In this document: positions 38,368-48,767 of the stretch, piece by piece
Numbering within the stretch: position 1 is the stretch's first letter
How the letters are laid out: each line of letters begins with the position of its first letter
Assembly (NCBI GenBank): GCA_041750555.1
Contig: JBGSZB010000011.1
Span: 588 to 64,587, forward strand
DNA: 64,000 nucleotides
Source of the DNA: Candidatus Dojkabacteria bacterium
Lineage (GTDB): Bacteria > Patescibacteriota > Dojkabacteria > J137
Direction of reading: 5' to 3'
Translations under genes and position numbers: made by a program
Notes under the pieces: model-generated
Told to the model about the DNA's origin: nothing
The model's input: the letters and a program-made list of their open reading frames with translations, nothing else
Database searches by the model: none

Positions 38368-40021
38368 AGATTTTTCTAGAATCAACTTCACTTGGAGCTA
38401 CTCTTATTAATTCATCAATATCAATTAAACCCTCTTTTACCTTTTCTATACCATCATCAAACATAGTTCTTGCTCCATTCTTTGTAGCTAGTTCTCTAAC
38501 TTCTAAACTTGATGGATTTTTTAAAATTACATTCTTAATATCTTCAGTTATGTATATTAATTCAAATAGTCCGATTCTTCCTTTATATCCTGTGTTATTA
38601 CATGCAGAACATCCTTTACCTTTAAATAGCGTTAATTGATCTTTATTAAAATACTTTTTAGGATCTGGGAAAAACTTTTCTAATTCATTAAAGCTTGTTT
38701 CATAACTATATCTACAGGTAGAACATATTCTTCTGGATAATCTTTGAGCAATTATTAAATTTAAGGTTGAAGCGAGTAAGAATGGCTCTACCCCCATATC
38801 TAAAAGTCTAGGGATAACTGTTGCTGCATCATTTGCATGAAATGTAGATAGCATTAAGTGTCCTGTAAGGGATGCATTTATTGCTATTTCAGAAGTCTCT
38901 CTATCTCTAATTTCTCCAACTAAAATTACATCTGGATCTTGTCTAACAATTGATCTTAAACCTCTAGCAAATGTTACTTCAGTTTCTAGATTAACTTGAA
39001 TTTGATTAACTCCATCAATTTTATATTCTACTGGGTCTTCAATTGTTGTTATATTAATCTTTGGATCTTTAAGTTTTTTAATTACAGAATACAAAGTTGT
39101 AGTTTTACCACTTCCTGTAGGTCCAACAGTTAATATCATTCCAAATGGTCTGCTGGAAGCTTCTTCTAATATTTTATGATCAGCTTCTCCTAAACCTAAA
39201 TCATTTAAACTTAGAGTTCTAATGTATCTAGATAAAATTCTAATAACTACATTCTGTCCATTAATTGTAGGTGCAATTGATATTCTTAAGTCAATTCCAT
39301 TATCTCCTGTTTTAACTCTAATTGCTCCATCTTGAGATGAAAAATGATCATCTATTCTTAAATTAGAAAGTACTTTAACTCTGTTTATTAAGTTTTCAAA
39401 GATATCTCTTGAAGTACTACCAACCTCATGCATAACTCCATCTATTCTAAATCTAATATCTACAGATTCTTCTTGTGGTTCGAAATGAATATCACTTGCT
39501 TCTAAATCTAGAGCTTCTTTTAATACTTCGTTAAATATTTCAGAAGCTACTCCGTATTCTTTTCTCTCTATAGTTTGAAATTTTTTTTCAAGAGATACTT
39601 TATATATATTTAGTACTTCATTCACTACATTGTTATCAGAATATCCAACCTCAATTGTTTTACCTTTAAATACTTCTTTAGCTTTCAATTTAATATCTTC
39701 TAAATATTCTACTTTTGAAGTTGTTAATAGAAATCTTTTTGGAGTTTCTTTTACAAATACACAGTTGTATCTTCTAGCAAATTTCTCAGGTAATCTTAAA
39801 ACATCTTCATTAGATGGTTTAGATACTTCTAAGTCAATAAATCTAACATTGTTTTCTTCTGCAATAGCTTCTAATACAAGTTTTCTAGTTAATAGCTCTT
39901 TTTCAATTAATGTATTAATTATCTCTTCATTGGATCTACCTTCTAAGCCTTTTAAATCAGACTCTTCAATGTAGTTATGTTTAATTAAATACGTTATTAA
40001 GTTTTTATCACTTAGATCCAT
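38345..40021 (-). CDS. pilB: Type IV pilus assembly ATPase PilB/GspE
   Basis: ASDIHFEP, GPTGSGKTTTLY, TIEDPVE, RQDPDVILVGEIRD, TGH, CxxC pairs. Confidence 0.94.
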   Translation of the reverse strand: MDLSDKNLITYLIKHNYIEESDLKGLEGRSNEEIINTLIEKELLTRKLVLEAIAEENNVRFIDLEVSKPSNEDVLRLPEKFARRYNCVFVKETPKRFLLTTSKVEYLEDIKLKAKEVFKGKTIEVGYSDNNVVNEVLNIYKVSLEKKFQTIERKEYGVASEIFNEVLKEALDLEASDIHFEPQEESVDIRFRIDGVMHEVGSTSRDIFENLINRVKVLSNLRIDDHFSSQDGAIRVKTGDNGIDLRISIAPTINGQNVVIRILSRYIRTLSLNDLGLGEADHKILEEASSRPFGMILTVGPTGSGKTTTLYSVIKKLKDPKINITTIEDPVEYKIDGVNQIQVNLETEVTFARGLRSIVRQDPDVILVGEIRDRETSEIAINASLTGHLMLSTFHANDAATVIPRLLDMGVEPFLLASTLNLIIAQRLSRRICSTCRYSYETSFNELEKFFPDPKKYFNKDQLTLFKGKGCSACNNTGYKGRIGLFELIYITEDIKNVILKNPSSLEVRELATKNGARTMFDDGIEKVKEGLIDIDELIRVAPSEVDSRKIYGYQKEK

Positions 40022-40547
40022 TTTTACTTATTAATTCAAAAATAGTGGTTACCATTTTAGCGAGTGGAGTACTCCCTTTGTTTATATACTCAACTCCATA
40101 TGATATTGCCTTTTCTCTATCTTCTGGTTGACTTAAACTAGTTGCAACTAATATATTTAATTTTTTACCTTGTTTTTTTAATTCATCTAATACTTCAAAG
40201 CCACCCATTTCAGGCATTACAATATCTAATACAATTAAGTTGTATTTATTACTTTTTAAAAATTCTAGGGCTTCTAAACCATTAGCTGCTGTATCAACAT
40301 ATACTCCTAGACTATTAAGTTTTAATTTTAATACTCTAGATAATGCTTTTTCATCATCTACTACTAATACCCTGTATTTAAATTCTTTAGGTTTTTCAAT
40401 TACAACCTTTTCCCTAGATTCAACTGGTTTAACTTCAGGTGTTTTAACTTCAGTATCCAAAGATTCTGTTTCAACTGGTGTAACTTCTTTAGGTGGTTGA
40501 TTAGCCTTATCTCCAAATTTAGAAAATATTAATTTAGGTGGCTCCAC
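40008..40547 (-). CDS. Single-domain response regulator with a Pro/Glu-rich N-terminal extension
   Basis: VVDDE, VLDIVMP, VATS, YINK; overlaps the pilB start. Confidence 0.88.
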   Translation of the reverse strand: MEPPKLIFSKFGDKANQPPKEVTPVETESLDTEVKTPEVKPVESREKVVIEKPKEFKYRVLVVDDEKALSRVLKLKLNSLGVYVDTAANGLEALEFLKSNKYNLIVLDIVMPEMGGFEVLDELKKQGKKLNILVATSLSQPEDREKAISYGVEYINKGSTPLAKMVTTIFELISKNGSK

Positions 40548-40704
40548 AATTATTTAATTATATATAGTACACATCTATACTACTTAAATTTAAAATTGAT
40601 TGCAATTTTAATTTTCTTTATAAACTATAAATAATTATTGGTAATATTATTCCCTTCATTATTTCTTAATTACTAGTTAAAATAGATTAGTTATATTTTT
40701 ATAA

Positions 40705-41247
40705 ATGAACAAAAACTATTTATACATTCTAGTTACAGTATTTGTATTATCTTTTGGGGTAATAGCAATAATGCTAATCGTTGAGAATGAAAACAATAGA
40801 ATATTAAGAGTAGATAATGATTCAAAAGATGTTATTTCAATGAATGATAGTGCAGATAATACAGTAGATGATCCAGAACAAGATAACGGTAGTGATGATA
40901 TTAAAGGTGAAGAGTATGTAGATAATGGAAGTAAATATCAAGAGTTTTCTGTTAGTAAATTAATTGCAAATAAGGATAAGAAGCAAATATTGTTTTACCA
41001 TGCATCATGGTGTCCTACGTGTAAAATATTAAATGACAACTTAAATAGTAATTTAGTGAGCATCCCAAGTGATGTAGTAATATATAGAGTGGATTATGAT
41101 GATACTCAATATAATCAAATGAAAAGAGATCATGGTATAACATATCAACATACCCTAGTTTATGTTAATGAAAATGGAGAATTAATTGATAAATGGGCAG
41201 GAAGTTTAAATGTTGATGAGGTAATTGATAAATTAAATAATGTATAA
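40705..41247 (+). CDS. Membrane-anchored thioredoxin-fold protein
   Basis: N-terminal TM; FYHASWCPTC; GITYQHT. Confidence 0.88.
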   Translation: MNKNYLYILVTVFVLSFGVIAIMLIVENENNRILRVDNDSKDVISMNDSADNTVDDPEQDNGSDDIKGEEYVDNGSKYQEFSVSKLIANKDKKQILFYHASWCPTCKILNDNLNSNLVSIPSDVVIYRVDYDDTQYNQMKRDHGITYQHTLVYVNENGELIDKWAGSLNVDEVIDKLNNV

Positions 41248-41254
41248 TCAATAA

Positions 41255-41698
41255 ATGACTTTAAAGAAATCTTCACTTAAAAAATATGGTGTAATTACAA
41301 TAGTTAGTATTGGTTTACTTACGTTAATATTAGTTGTATCTCCATTTTTACAAAACCTATTAAAAGTTAATAATTCACTACCATATGATGTAGCAACTTA
41401 TGTTGAATACAAACAAGATCAGAAGTTTTTAAATGATAAGAATGTTTTATTCTTTAAAGCTAATTGGTGTGGAACTTGTCATGTAGCTGAAACTAATATA
41501 TTAAATAGTTTAAGTAGTATTCCAAAAACTCTAACTATATATTCGCTTGATTTTGAAAATAGTAAGAATAATGATTTAAAAAAGAAATATGGAGTAACTA
41601 CACAACATACATTTGTACAGGTAGATAGAAATGGTAATTTAATTAAAAAATGGGAATTAAGTTATACAGTTAATGAAATTTTAGAGCAGTTAGTTTAG
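41255..41698 (+). CDS. Membrane-anchored thioredoxin-fold protein, paralog of 40705-41247
   Basis: [10 protein letters not shown]; [13 protein letters not shown]. Confidence 0.88.
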   Translation: MTLKKSSLKKYGVITIVSIGLLTLILVVSPFLQNLLKVNNSLPYDVATYVEYKQDQKFLNDKNVLFFKANWCGTCHVAETNILNSLSSIPKTLTIYSLDFENSKNNDLKKKYGVTTQHTFVQVDRNGNLIKKWELSYTVNEILEQLV

Positions 41699-42042
41699 TA
41701 TTTCTTTTGAGTTTCTTTTGCTTCCTCTACTTCAACCACTTTTACACTAGGTTTCTTAGTAGTTTTAATAGCTACTTCTACTTGAGGTAATATATCTACA
41801 TACTTTTTAGCTCTTTTGTATCCTGTCATTCTTCTAAAGAAAACTAAACCTTCAATTTTAGAAAAAATTGTATGATCTTTACCCATATCAGTATTCTTAC
41901 CTGGGTAGAATCTTGTACCTCTTTGTCTAACAATTATTTCTCCGGATTTAACAACTTGACCTCCAAATCTTTTAATACCAAGTCTTTTACCAGCTACATC
42001 TACTGTTCGTTTTGCTGATCCGGTTGAGGCTGAATGTGCCAT
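41695..42042 (-). CDS. rpmA: 50S ribosomal protein L27
   Basis: [26 protein letters not shown]. Confidence 0.96.
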   Translation of the reverse strand: MAHSASTGSAKRTVDVAGKRLGIKRFGGQVVKSGEIIVRQRGTRFYPGKNTDMGKDHTIFSKIEGLVFFRRMTGYKRAKKYVDILPQVEVAIKTTKKPSVKVVEVEEAKETQKKY

Positions 42043-42045
42043 TTA

Positions 42046-42360
42046 TTAGTATTTAATAGATATTACTTTAAACTGTAACAACTCTTTTCTAAATCCTTTT
42101 GTCTTTCTATATCTAGATTTAGCTTTAAATGTTCTACTTGTTATCTTTTCTCCATTTACAACACCACTTACTTCAATATTAACTAGAGCTTTTTCAAGGT
42201 ATGGTTTACCAACTATCATATCCTTTTCATCACCAGCTGCTAATACTTTATCTAGTGATATTTTACCTGTCTCCATAATTACTTTAGGTAATTTGTATTC
42301 TTTTCCTTCTTCTAGGTTGTATTGGGATTTGCCCAACTCCACTATTGCAAACTTACTCAT
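42046..42360 (-). CDS. rplU: 50S ribosomal protein L21
   Basis: FAIVELGKSQY, VGKPYL, FKAKSRYRKTKGFR. Confidence 0.94.
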   Translation of the reverse strand: MSKFAIVELGKSQYNLEEGKEYKLPKVIMETGKISLDKVLAAGDEKDMIVGKPYLEKALVNIEVSGVVNGEKITSRTFKAKSRYRKTKGFRKELLQFKVISIKY

Positions 42361-42563
42361 ATATATTTATTTAGTACCTCGAAGGATACTATAAAATCGC
42401 TAAAATCTCAAGTAGTAACTAAGTATTTCTAGATAGTGAATTAACATGAAATTATATAAAAATTTAAAGTGTTAGAACTTTGTAAGTTAAGTGTTTTAAA
42501 ATATTATTTATTAATTAAGTTTGAGAGTAGTATAATATTAGTATTATTTAACTACTTTTAAAC

Positions 42564-42884
42564 ATGAAGAAAAAGAAAATGATTAAAACATCTAAGTTTC
42601 AAGTTGTATTACCTACTGAGGTTTTAGAAAAAAGTTATAACAAAGCCTTAGGGTTAGGTTTTAACTCTGTACAAGATATGGTTAGAGTATTTTTAGTAAG
42701 TGTTACTAAAAACAATATTGATTTATCGTTCAAGGAGGATCCACTTAGCGAGAAAATATCTCCTGAATATGAAGCTTTTTTAAATAAAAGATTAGAAGAA
42801 ACCTTAAAAGCTATTGAGGATGGGACTGCATATAGCGCAAATAGTGGAGAAGAGTTAATTAAGATTCTTGATTCCGATGATTAA
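42564..42884 (+). CDS. Putative RelB/DinJ-like antitoxin
   Basis: RHH-like N-terminus (FQV...A..LG..SVQDMVRVFL); ETLKAIEDG...S.EELIK.L tail; overlaps the toxin gene. Confidence 0.7.
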   Translation: MKKKKMIKTSKFQVVLPTEVLEKSYNKALGLGFNSVQDMVRVFLVSVTKNNIDLSFKEDPLSEKISPEYEAFLNKRLEETLKAIEDGTAYSANSGEELIKILDSDD

Positions 42885-43155
42885 GAAAGTTTATCTACAT
42901 AAAAAATTTAAAGAGTCATACAAGAAAAGAGGTTTTAAGGAAAACGAATACATCAAATCATTAATTTCATATGTTTCAAATTTATTAATATATAATCTTA
43001 ATGATAAAGCTTTAAGAGTACATGATTTAAAAGGGAGTATGAAAGGAAAAAAGTCCCTAAGCTTAACAGATGATATTAGAATAATATTTATTGAAACTGA
43101 AACCCAATATATATTTCTAGATATTGGGTCTCACAGTGATGTATATAATCCTTAA
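42877..43155 (+). CDS. YafQ/RelE-family mRNA interferase toxin
   Basis: KFKESYKK, LRVHDLKG.MKG..S.SL..DIRIIF, DIGSHSDVY. ATG at 42877; TTG at 42868 is the alternative. Confidence 0.88.
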   Translation: MIKKVYLHKKFKESYKKRGFKENEYIKSLISYVSNLLIYNLNDKALRVHDLKGSMKGKKSLSLTDDIRIIFIETETQYIFLDIGSHSDVYNP

Positions 43156-44912
43156 AGATCTAATGATTTTTCAGAGTTTTTCTCCATTACTCTTTTACTA
43201 AAATCTTCAAGACTCATTTCACCTAAAGTTTCTCCATTTCTTAGCCTTACATTTACACTATTGTTATCTATTTCTTTTTGTCCAATAACTAAAATATATG
43301 GGACTTTCATTTCTTGTGCTTTTCTAATCCTATTTCCTAATGTTTCATTACTACTATCTATTTCAACTCTAATACCACTTTCTCTAAGTGTTTTTACAAC
43401 ATTTTCTGAATACTCTAAATGTTTTTCACTAGATATTGGTATAACATTTACTTGTACAGGAGAAAGCCATACAGGGAAACTTCCTGCAAAGTGTTCTATT
43501 AAAATCATCATAAATCTTTCAACTGATCCTAATATTGCTCTATGAAGCATTATTGGAGTTTTCATACTTCCATCACTATCTCTGTATTCCAATTCAAATC
43601 TAGATGGCATTACATAGTCAATCTGAACAGTTGATAATTGCCATTCTCTACCTAATGCATCTGTAGCCATTAAATCCATTTTAGGTGCATAGAATGCTGC
43701 TTCACCAACTCCATCATAGTACTCAATATCATTTCTTTTCATAATATCTATAGCCCAATTTTCTACTTTATCCCAAATTTGTGGATCACCTAAATACTTT
43801 TCAGGAGTTTTTGGATCTCTTGTAGATAATCTATACCTATACTTAAATCCAAATGTAGATAATATTTTTTTAGTCATTTGTAGTGCTCTATCAATTTCTG
43901 CATCTACCTGATCTTCTCTACAAAACACATGGCAATCATCTTGAGAAAACGATCTAACTCTAGCTAGTCCACTTAATTCTCCAGGTTTCTCATCTCTGTA
44001 AAGCATAGCGAAATCAGTGTATCTTATTGGTAAATCTTTATAGCTTCTTGGTTTACTTGCATATATTTGTGTATGTTGAGGACAGTTCATTGGTTTCAAA
44101 TACATCTCATCTTCAGTATGGTGAGAATGTAGTCTAAACATATCTTCATGATACTTATCGTAATGGCCAGATTTTTTAAATAATTCTGCTTTTGCAACTT
44201 GTGGTGTCCAAACTTGTTCATATCCTTCTCTAGTTTGCAACTCTTCTACATAACCTTGTAATAATCTTCTAAGCAATGCTCCTTTTGGTGTATAAAGTGG
44301 AAATCCAGAACCTACTAAATCAGAGAAAGTAAATAAATCCATATCTCTACCAATTTTTCTATGATCTCTTTTCTTAGCCTCCTCAAGCATTAATAAATAG
44401 CTATCTAATTCCTCTTGAGAACTAAATGCTACACCATATACTCTAGTTAGCATCTCCCTTTTCTCATCCCCTCTCCAGTAAGCTCCTGAAATACTCATTA
44501 ATTTAAATGCCCTAATTTCAGAAGTACTATTTACATGGGGACCCTTACATAAATCATAATATTCTTCACCTGTATAAAAGAAAGTAATAGTTTTATCCTC
44601 ACTAACAAATTGTTCTAACCATTCTAATTTAAAAGAATTATTCTTTAATAACTCACGAGCTTCTTCAATACTCACTTCTCTTTTAGTTATTGGTAAATCC
44701 TTATCAATAATCTCTTGCATCTTTTTTTCAATCTTTGGAAAATCCTCTTCAGTTAGTTTAATATTCCATAAAGAATCATTTGAAAAACTATCCTCTGTTA
44801 TATGTGCTACAGCTAATTTAACATCCTCTCCATAAAGCTCTTTAATAGCTTGAGCAAATACATGTTCTGCTGAATGCATTATTTTGTATTTATTTGATTT
44901 ATCTTTATCCAT
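43152..44912 (-). CDS. thrS: Threonine--tRNA ligase, lacking the TGS domain
   Basis: HSAEH, DLCKGPH, RDHRKIG, KPMNCP, RVRSFSQDD, HRAILGS.ERF. Confidence 0.97.
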   Translation of the reverse strand: MDKDKSNKYKIMHSAEHVFAQAIKELYGEDVKLAVAHITEDSFSNDSLWNIKLTEEDFPKIEKKMQEIIDKDLPITKREVSIEEARELLKNNSFKLEWLEQFVSEDKTITFFYTGEEYYDLCKGPHVNSTSEIRAFKLMSISGAYWRGDEKREMLTRVYGVAFSSQEELDSYLLMLEEAKKRDHRKIGRDMDLFTFSDLVGSGFPLYTPKGALLRRLLQGYVEELQTREGYEQVWTPQVAKAELFKKSGHYDKYHEDMFRLHSHHTEDEMYLKPMNCPQHTQIYASKPRSYKDLPIRYTDFAMLYRDEKPGELSGLARVRSFSQDDCHVFCREDQVDAEIDRALQMTKKILSTFGFKYRYRLSTRDPKTPEKYLGDPQIWDKVENWAIDIMKRNDIEYYDGVGEAAFYAPKMDLMATDALGREWQLSTVQIDYVMPSRFELEYRDSDGSMKTPIMLHRAILGSVERFMMILIEHFAGSFPVWLSPVQVNVIPISSEKHLEYSENVVKTLRESGIRVEIDSSNETLGNRIRKAQEMKVPYILVIGQKEIDNNSVNVRLRNGETLGEMSLEDFSKRVMEKNSEKSLDL

Positions 44913-45071
44913 TTTAAAAATTTAATTACTAATTATTCTATTGATTATATGCCAATATGGCAAAGTTATGAAGATATTCCCCTTTAAGGGGTTGTAGTTG
45001 TAGTATTTGTTAACTTAATTACTTTGTGTGTTAACATATCCTGATTATATTACAAATATCTTAAATTTTAA

Positions 45072-45656
45072 ATTAATATTATTAGCTTACAAATACTTAA
45101 ACAACTTGCAACAACTGGGGTAGAAACTTTTAGTGATAATCCTAAAATTAAAGAGGCATTTGCTAGATGGCTTAATGAGTTAGAAGATAGCGAATATGGC
45201 TTAGTTGAACTAAATGGTTTTATTCAATCATTAAACAATAGAAAAGTTGTTACGAATGAAGATATATCATTATTTTTGCATTTAGTAGGACATAGGATAC
45301 TGGGTTTAGCTAAACTAGATCCAGAATATTCCACCGATAGATTTGATGAATATGAAGTTTTACTAAGAGTTATTGAAAACATGGAAAGATCAAGGATTAC
45401 TTCAGTAGAACACACTAAAGAATTAATTTCATTATTTAGTTTAAGAATGAGAATTATCTTTGAAATCTACTATAATCCAGATAACCAGGAGTTAAATGCT
45501 AAATTAATAGCTTTGCATAGTTTATTAACTAATTTCTTGTTAGAGGCTGATGAGGATACTAAAAGTAAAGGTATCTATGTACAAGCAGCAAGAATATATG
45601 AGGCCATTAATATTATATTTGAAATGATGAATTCAAAGAGTTCAAAATATAGTTAA
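45072..45656 (+). CDS. Hypothetical protein with uncertain start
   Basis: Frame is open from ATT at 45072 to the stop at 45656; the first canonical start is TTG at 45276. Confidence 0.5.
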   Translation: MNIISLQILKQLATTGVETFSDNPKIKEAFARWLNELEDSEYGLVELNGFIQSLNNRKVVTNEDISLFLHLVGHRILGLAKLDPEYSTDRFDEYEVLLRVIENMERSRITSVEHTKELISLFSLRMRIIFEIYYNPDNQELNAKLIALHSLLTNFLLEADEDTKSKGIYVQAARIYEAINIIFEMMNSKSSKYS

Positions 45657-45666
45657 TAGATTATTT

Positions 45667-46026
45667 ATGAACAATAATCCTAAGAAATGGGGGGAAGAAG
45701 ATCATTATTTGTCTGATAAAGAATTTAAGCAATCACATGATGATTTGATTGATCTTTTGGATCGCTACATAGAGGGGGATCCAAGTATTTCACCTACCGA
45801 AGCTTTATTAGCACAAATTAGAACAATTTCGATTTATCATCTTAGTCAACAACATATTTCAGAAACAGTAGGAGGAGATGTTACAAAATACTATAGATAT
45901 CTTACAGATATATCCAAAGTTCTTGAGAACCTAATCAGGAAGCTTGAGAATGAGCTTTCTAGAGAAACTCTTGATAGTATGATTAAATATTTAAGATTCC
46001 AAGGTTTTGTAATTTTTGGAAGTTAG
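45667..46026 (+). CDS. Hypothetical protein
   Basis: 119-aa helical ORF starting 10 bp after the previous gene. Confidence 0.6.
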   Translation: MNNNPKKWGEEDHYLSDKEFKQSHDDLIDLLDRYIEGDPSISPTEALLAQIRTISIYHLSQQHISETVGGDVTKYYRYLTDISKVLENLIRKLENELSRETLDSMIKYLRFQGFVIFGS

Positions 46027-46078
46027 ATTTCTTACATATATATTTTCTGTGTATAATAAAGTTATTTAAAATTTAAAT

Positions 46079-47878
46079 ATGTGCGGTCTAGTTGGATTTA
46101 GTGGAGTTAGGGATAGTAAAACACTTAGATCAATGGCAGATCTAATTAAACATAGAGGACCAGATGACGCTGCTTACTTAGAGAATAATAACTTCTCAAT
46201 AGGATTTAGAAGACTTGCAATAATAGACTTAAGTAAAAATATATATCCAATTACAAATGAAGATGAAAGTATAAAAGTATTTTTAAATGGAGAGATATAT
46301 AACTATAAAGAATTAAAGAGTGAATTAATTAAACTGGGACATAGATTTAAAACAGAATCAGATACAGAAACAATAGCTCATGGATATGAAGAATGGGGAG
46401 TAGAAGTTTTTAAAAAACTAAGAGGCATGTTTGGAATAGCAATATATGACTCACGTAAAGATATATTAATATTATCTCGTGATAGATTAGGTATAAAGCC
46501 AATATATTATGCTCAAGTTGATAATAGAATTGTCTTTGGATCTGAAATTAAACCACTAATTAAATTATTTAATATAAATAGAGAAGCCGATGACTTAGAA
46601 GTTGAAAAGTTTTTAAGATATAGGGTACATGATAATAGTGATAATACATTTTTTAAAAATGTTAAAAAGTTACATCAAGGAAGTTACATGATAATAAATC
46701 CTAATGCTAGTTTTAAAATTAAAAGCTATTGGGAACCTAAGTTTAATTCTAAATTTGAATCTACTAAAAGCGATTTAGAATACTCAGAAGAGTTTAAAAA
46801 TATATTTACAGAAGCTATAGATTTACACTTAGTAGGAGATGTTCCTGTAGGAGTAACGCTATCTGGAGGATTAGATTCAAGTGGTATTACATCAATTGCT
46901 ACAAAGTTATACAAAGAGAAACATTCTAATCAACCCTTTTTTGCTTTTTCAGCAATACACCCTGGAGAAAGCATTAATGAAGAGGAATATATTGATGAAG
47001 TTGTAAAATTTACTAATGCAGATTCAATTAAAATTATTCCTAAAGTAAATACTTTTTGGGAAGACTTTGATAATTGGTTAAACTTTCAAGAAGAACCTGT
47101 AATTAGTGGAGCACCATATGCATACTATGTAGTAATGAGAGAAGCTAGAAAAAAAGTTACAGTTTTATTAAGTGGACAAGGTGGAGATGAATTATTAGCC
47201 GGATACATTCCATATTTTCAAACATATATTAAATCTGCTCTTGATAATGGTAAATACTTAGAAATACTTAGAGAAACAATAGCCGGTAGAGATTTATACT
47301 CTAAATATTTCTTTGATAAATTAGTTGGTAATTTAAAATTAAAAAGTAATATTCCAATTCAAAGTATCGTTAAAAAAAATAGTGAATTAAAAATGAATTT
47401 TAAAAACTTTAGAAACTTAAACGAAAGACTATTTGAAGATGTAACATCCCTTACAACACCTTCACTTTTAAGATACGAAGATAAAAATTCAATGGCTAAT
47501 TCATTAGAATCTAGAGTACCATTCTTTGATCATAAAGTTGTTGAATATATATTTAATTTACCAATTGATCAAAAAATTAAACATGGGTGGAATAGATATA
47601 TTTATAGGAATGCTGTTAAAGGTTTAATTCCTGATAAAAATCGTTTAAGAAGATCAAAGGTTGGATTTACTAACCCTGAATGGGAATGGATTGAAAGAAA
47701 AAAGGATAAATTTATAGAGATATTTGAATCAGATAGTTTTAAATCTAGAAAGTATTGGGATGCAAATTTAGCTTTAAGTGAGTTTATTGAATGTTTAAAA
47801 AACAAAAGAGGTGGGGATATTATGTTCTTCTGGAGGTTATTTATAACTGAGATGTGGCTTAGAAAGTTTGTAGATTGA
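46079..47878 (+). CDS. asnB: Asparagine synthase (glutamine-hydrolysing) family amidotransferase
   Basis: MCG start, HRGPD, RLAIID, NGEIYN, LSGGLDSS, GQGGDELLAGY, ESRVPF. Confidence 0.92.
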   Translation: MCGLVGFSGVRDSKTLRSMADLIKHRGPDDAAYLENNNFSIGFRRLAIIDLSKNIYPITNEDESIKVFLNGEIYNYKELKSELIKLGHRFKTESDTETIAHGYEEWGVEVFKKLRGMFGIAIYDSRKDILILSRDRLGIKPIYYAQVDNRIVFGSEIKPLIKLFNINREADDLEVEKFLRYRVHDNSDNTFFKNVKKLHQGSYMIINPNASFKIKSYWEPKFNSKFESTKSDLEYSEEFKNIFTEAIDLHLVGDVPVGVTLSGGLDSSGITSIATKLYKEKHSNQPFFAFSAIHPGESINEEEYIDEVVKFTNADSIKIIPKVNTFWEDFDNWLNFQEEPVISGAPYAYYVVMREARKKVTVLLSGQGGDELLAGYIPYFQTYIKSALDNGKYLEILRETIAGRDLYSKYFFDKLVGNLKLKSNIPIQSIVKKNSELKMNFKNFRNLNERLFEDVTSLTTPSLLRYEDKNSMANSLESRVPFFDHKVVEYIFNLPIDQKIKHGWNRYIYRNAVKGLIPDKNRLRRSKVGFTNPEWEWIERKKDKFIEIFESDSFKSRKYWDANLALSEFIECLKNKRGGDIMFFWRLFITEMWLRKFVD

Positions 47879-47933
47879 TTAAAATATTAAACTCTGTAAA
47901 ATATTTAAGTAAATTATTAATTATAAATATTAT

Positions 47934-48743
47934 ATGAAAATAGTAGCTACTATAAGTCTAATAGTTTTAACAGTTGCACTTATTGGATTAGGACTTCTTA
48001 GCTTTTTAAATTATACAAGTGTTAATGGATTAAAAAACGATTTAAATAATTACGCACTTAAAGATGAAGGGGTTTCAGATTCACTATTAATTAATACTGA
48101 ATACAACGATACTTACTTTGCTAGTTGTGGTAATAGTATTCTTCACAAAACACAAAGTTTTATTAAAAACTACACAGGAGATGATTTAATAGGGGATGAT
48201 TGGTTTATATCAGCAGATGGTAATGAAATTTTAAATAATCAATTAAAACAATCTTCCCTAGAACCATTTGATGCTAGTTGGACTACTTCAAAAAAATATT
48301 TTGCAGGAGATTTTTCAATAGAGGTAGATTTTAGTAAATTAGATACTCCAGTTAAAACTGATGGTGTTGATACGATATTTTTTGTTAAAGGTATTACTAA
48401 AGATTTAGATTTCTTTAACTTTATCTTAGGTAAAAACTTTAGGGGTATTCATTTATCAATAGGTGGAACTAACAATATTGATTCAGGAGATGCTTTTGTA
48501 TCTAGTGGACCATTGTTTTACTCTAGTTTTGAAGATTTAAAGATAAAAATGACTAGAATCTATTCAACTATTACTGTATTTGTTGATGATGGAACAGGCT
48601 TTAGAGAAGTTCTTAAAAAAACTGAAACTACAACTGATCCTGTATCATTAGGTATTGGTAATCAAAACTTTAGTGTAGAAGACTTCAATGTAACTAGCTA
48701 TGTAAATGGTGTAAAGATTATTGGGTGTGAGAAATTAGATTAA
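47934..48743 (+). CDS. Membrane-anchored protein with a possible ConA/lectin-like beta-sandwich
   Basis: N-terminal TM; GDFSIEVDF...LKIKMTR..STITVFVD...F pattern. Confidence 0.5.
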   Translation: MKIVATISLIVLTVALIGLGLLSFLNYTSVNGLKNDLNNYALKDEGVSDSLLINTEYNDTYFASCGNSILHKTQSFIKNYTGDDLIGDDWFISADGNEILNNQLKQSSLEPFDASWTTSKKYFAGDFSIEVDFSKLDTPVKTDGVDTIFFVKGITKDLDFFNFILGKNFRGIHLSIGGTNNIDSGDAFVSSGPLFYSSFEDLKIKMTRIYSTITVFVDDGTGFREVLKKTETTTDPVSLGIGNQNFSVEDFNVTSYVNGVKIIGCEKLD

Positions 48744-48767
48744 GAATTAATTACTTATTCTAAATAA

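Noticed and set aside
44913-45071. T-box or leader RNA for thrS; short CCCCT-TTA-AGGGG hairpin
   Set aside because: No T-box consensus, a TATAAT lies about 30 nt from the thrS ATG, and the hairpin is short and upstream of that promoter.
46079-47878. Lasso peptide cyclase
   Set aside because: Intact N-terminal Cys glutaminase domain; no B protein or precursor peptide nearby.
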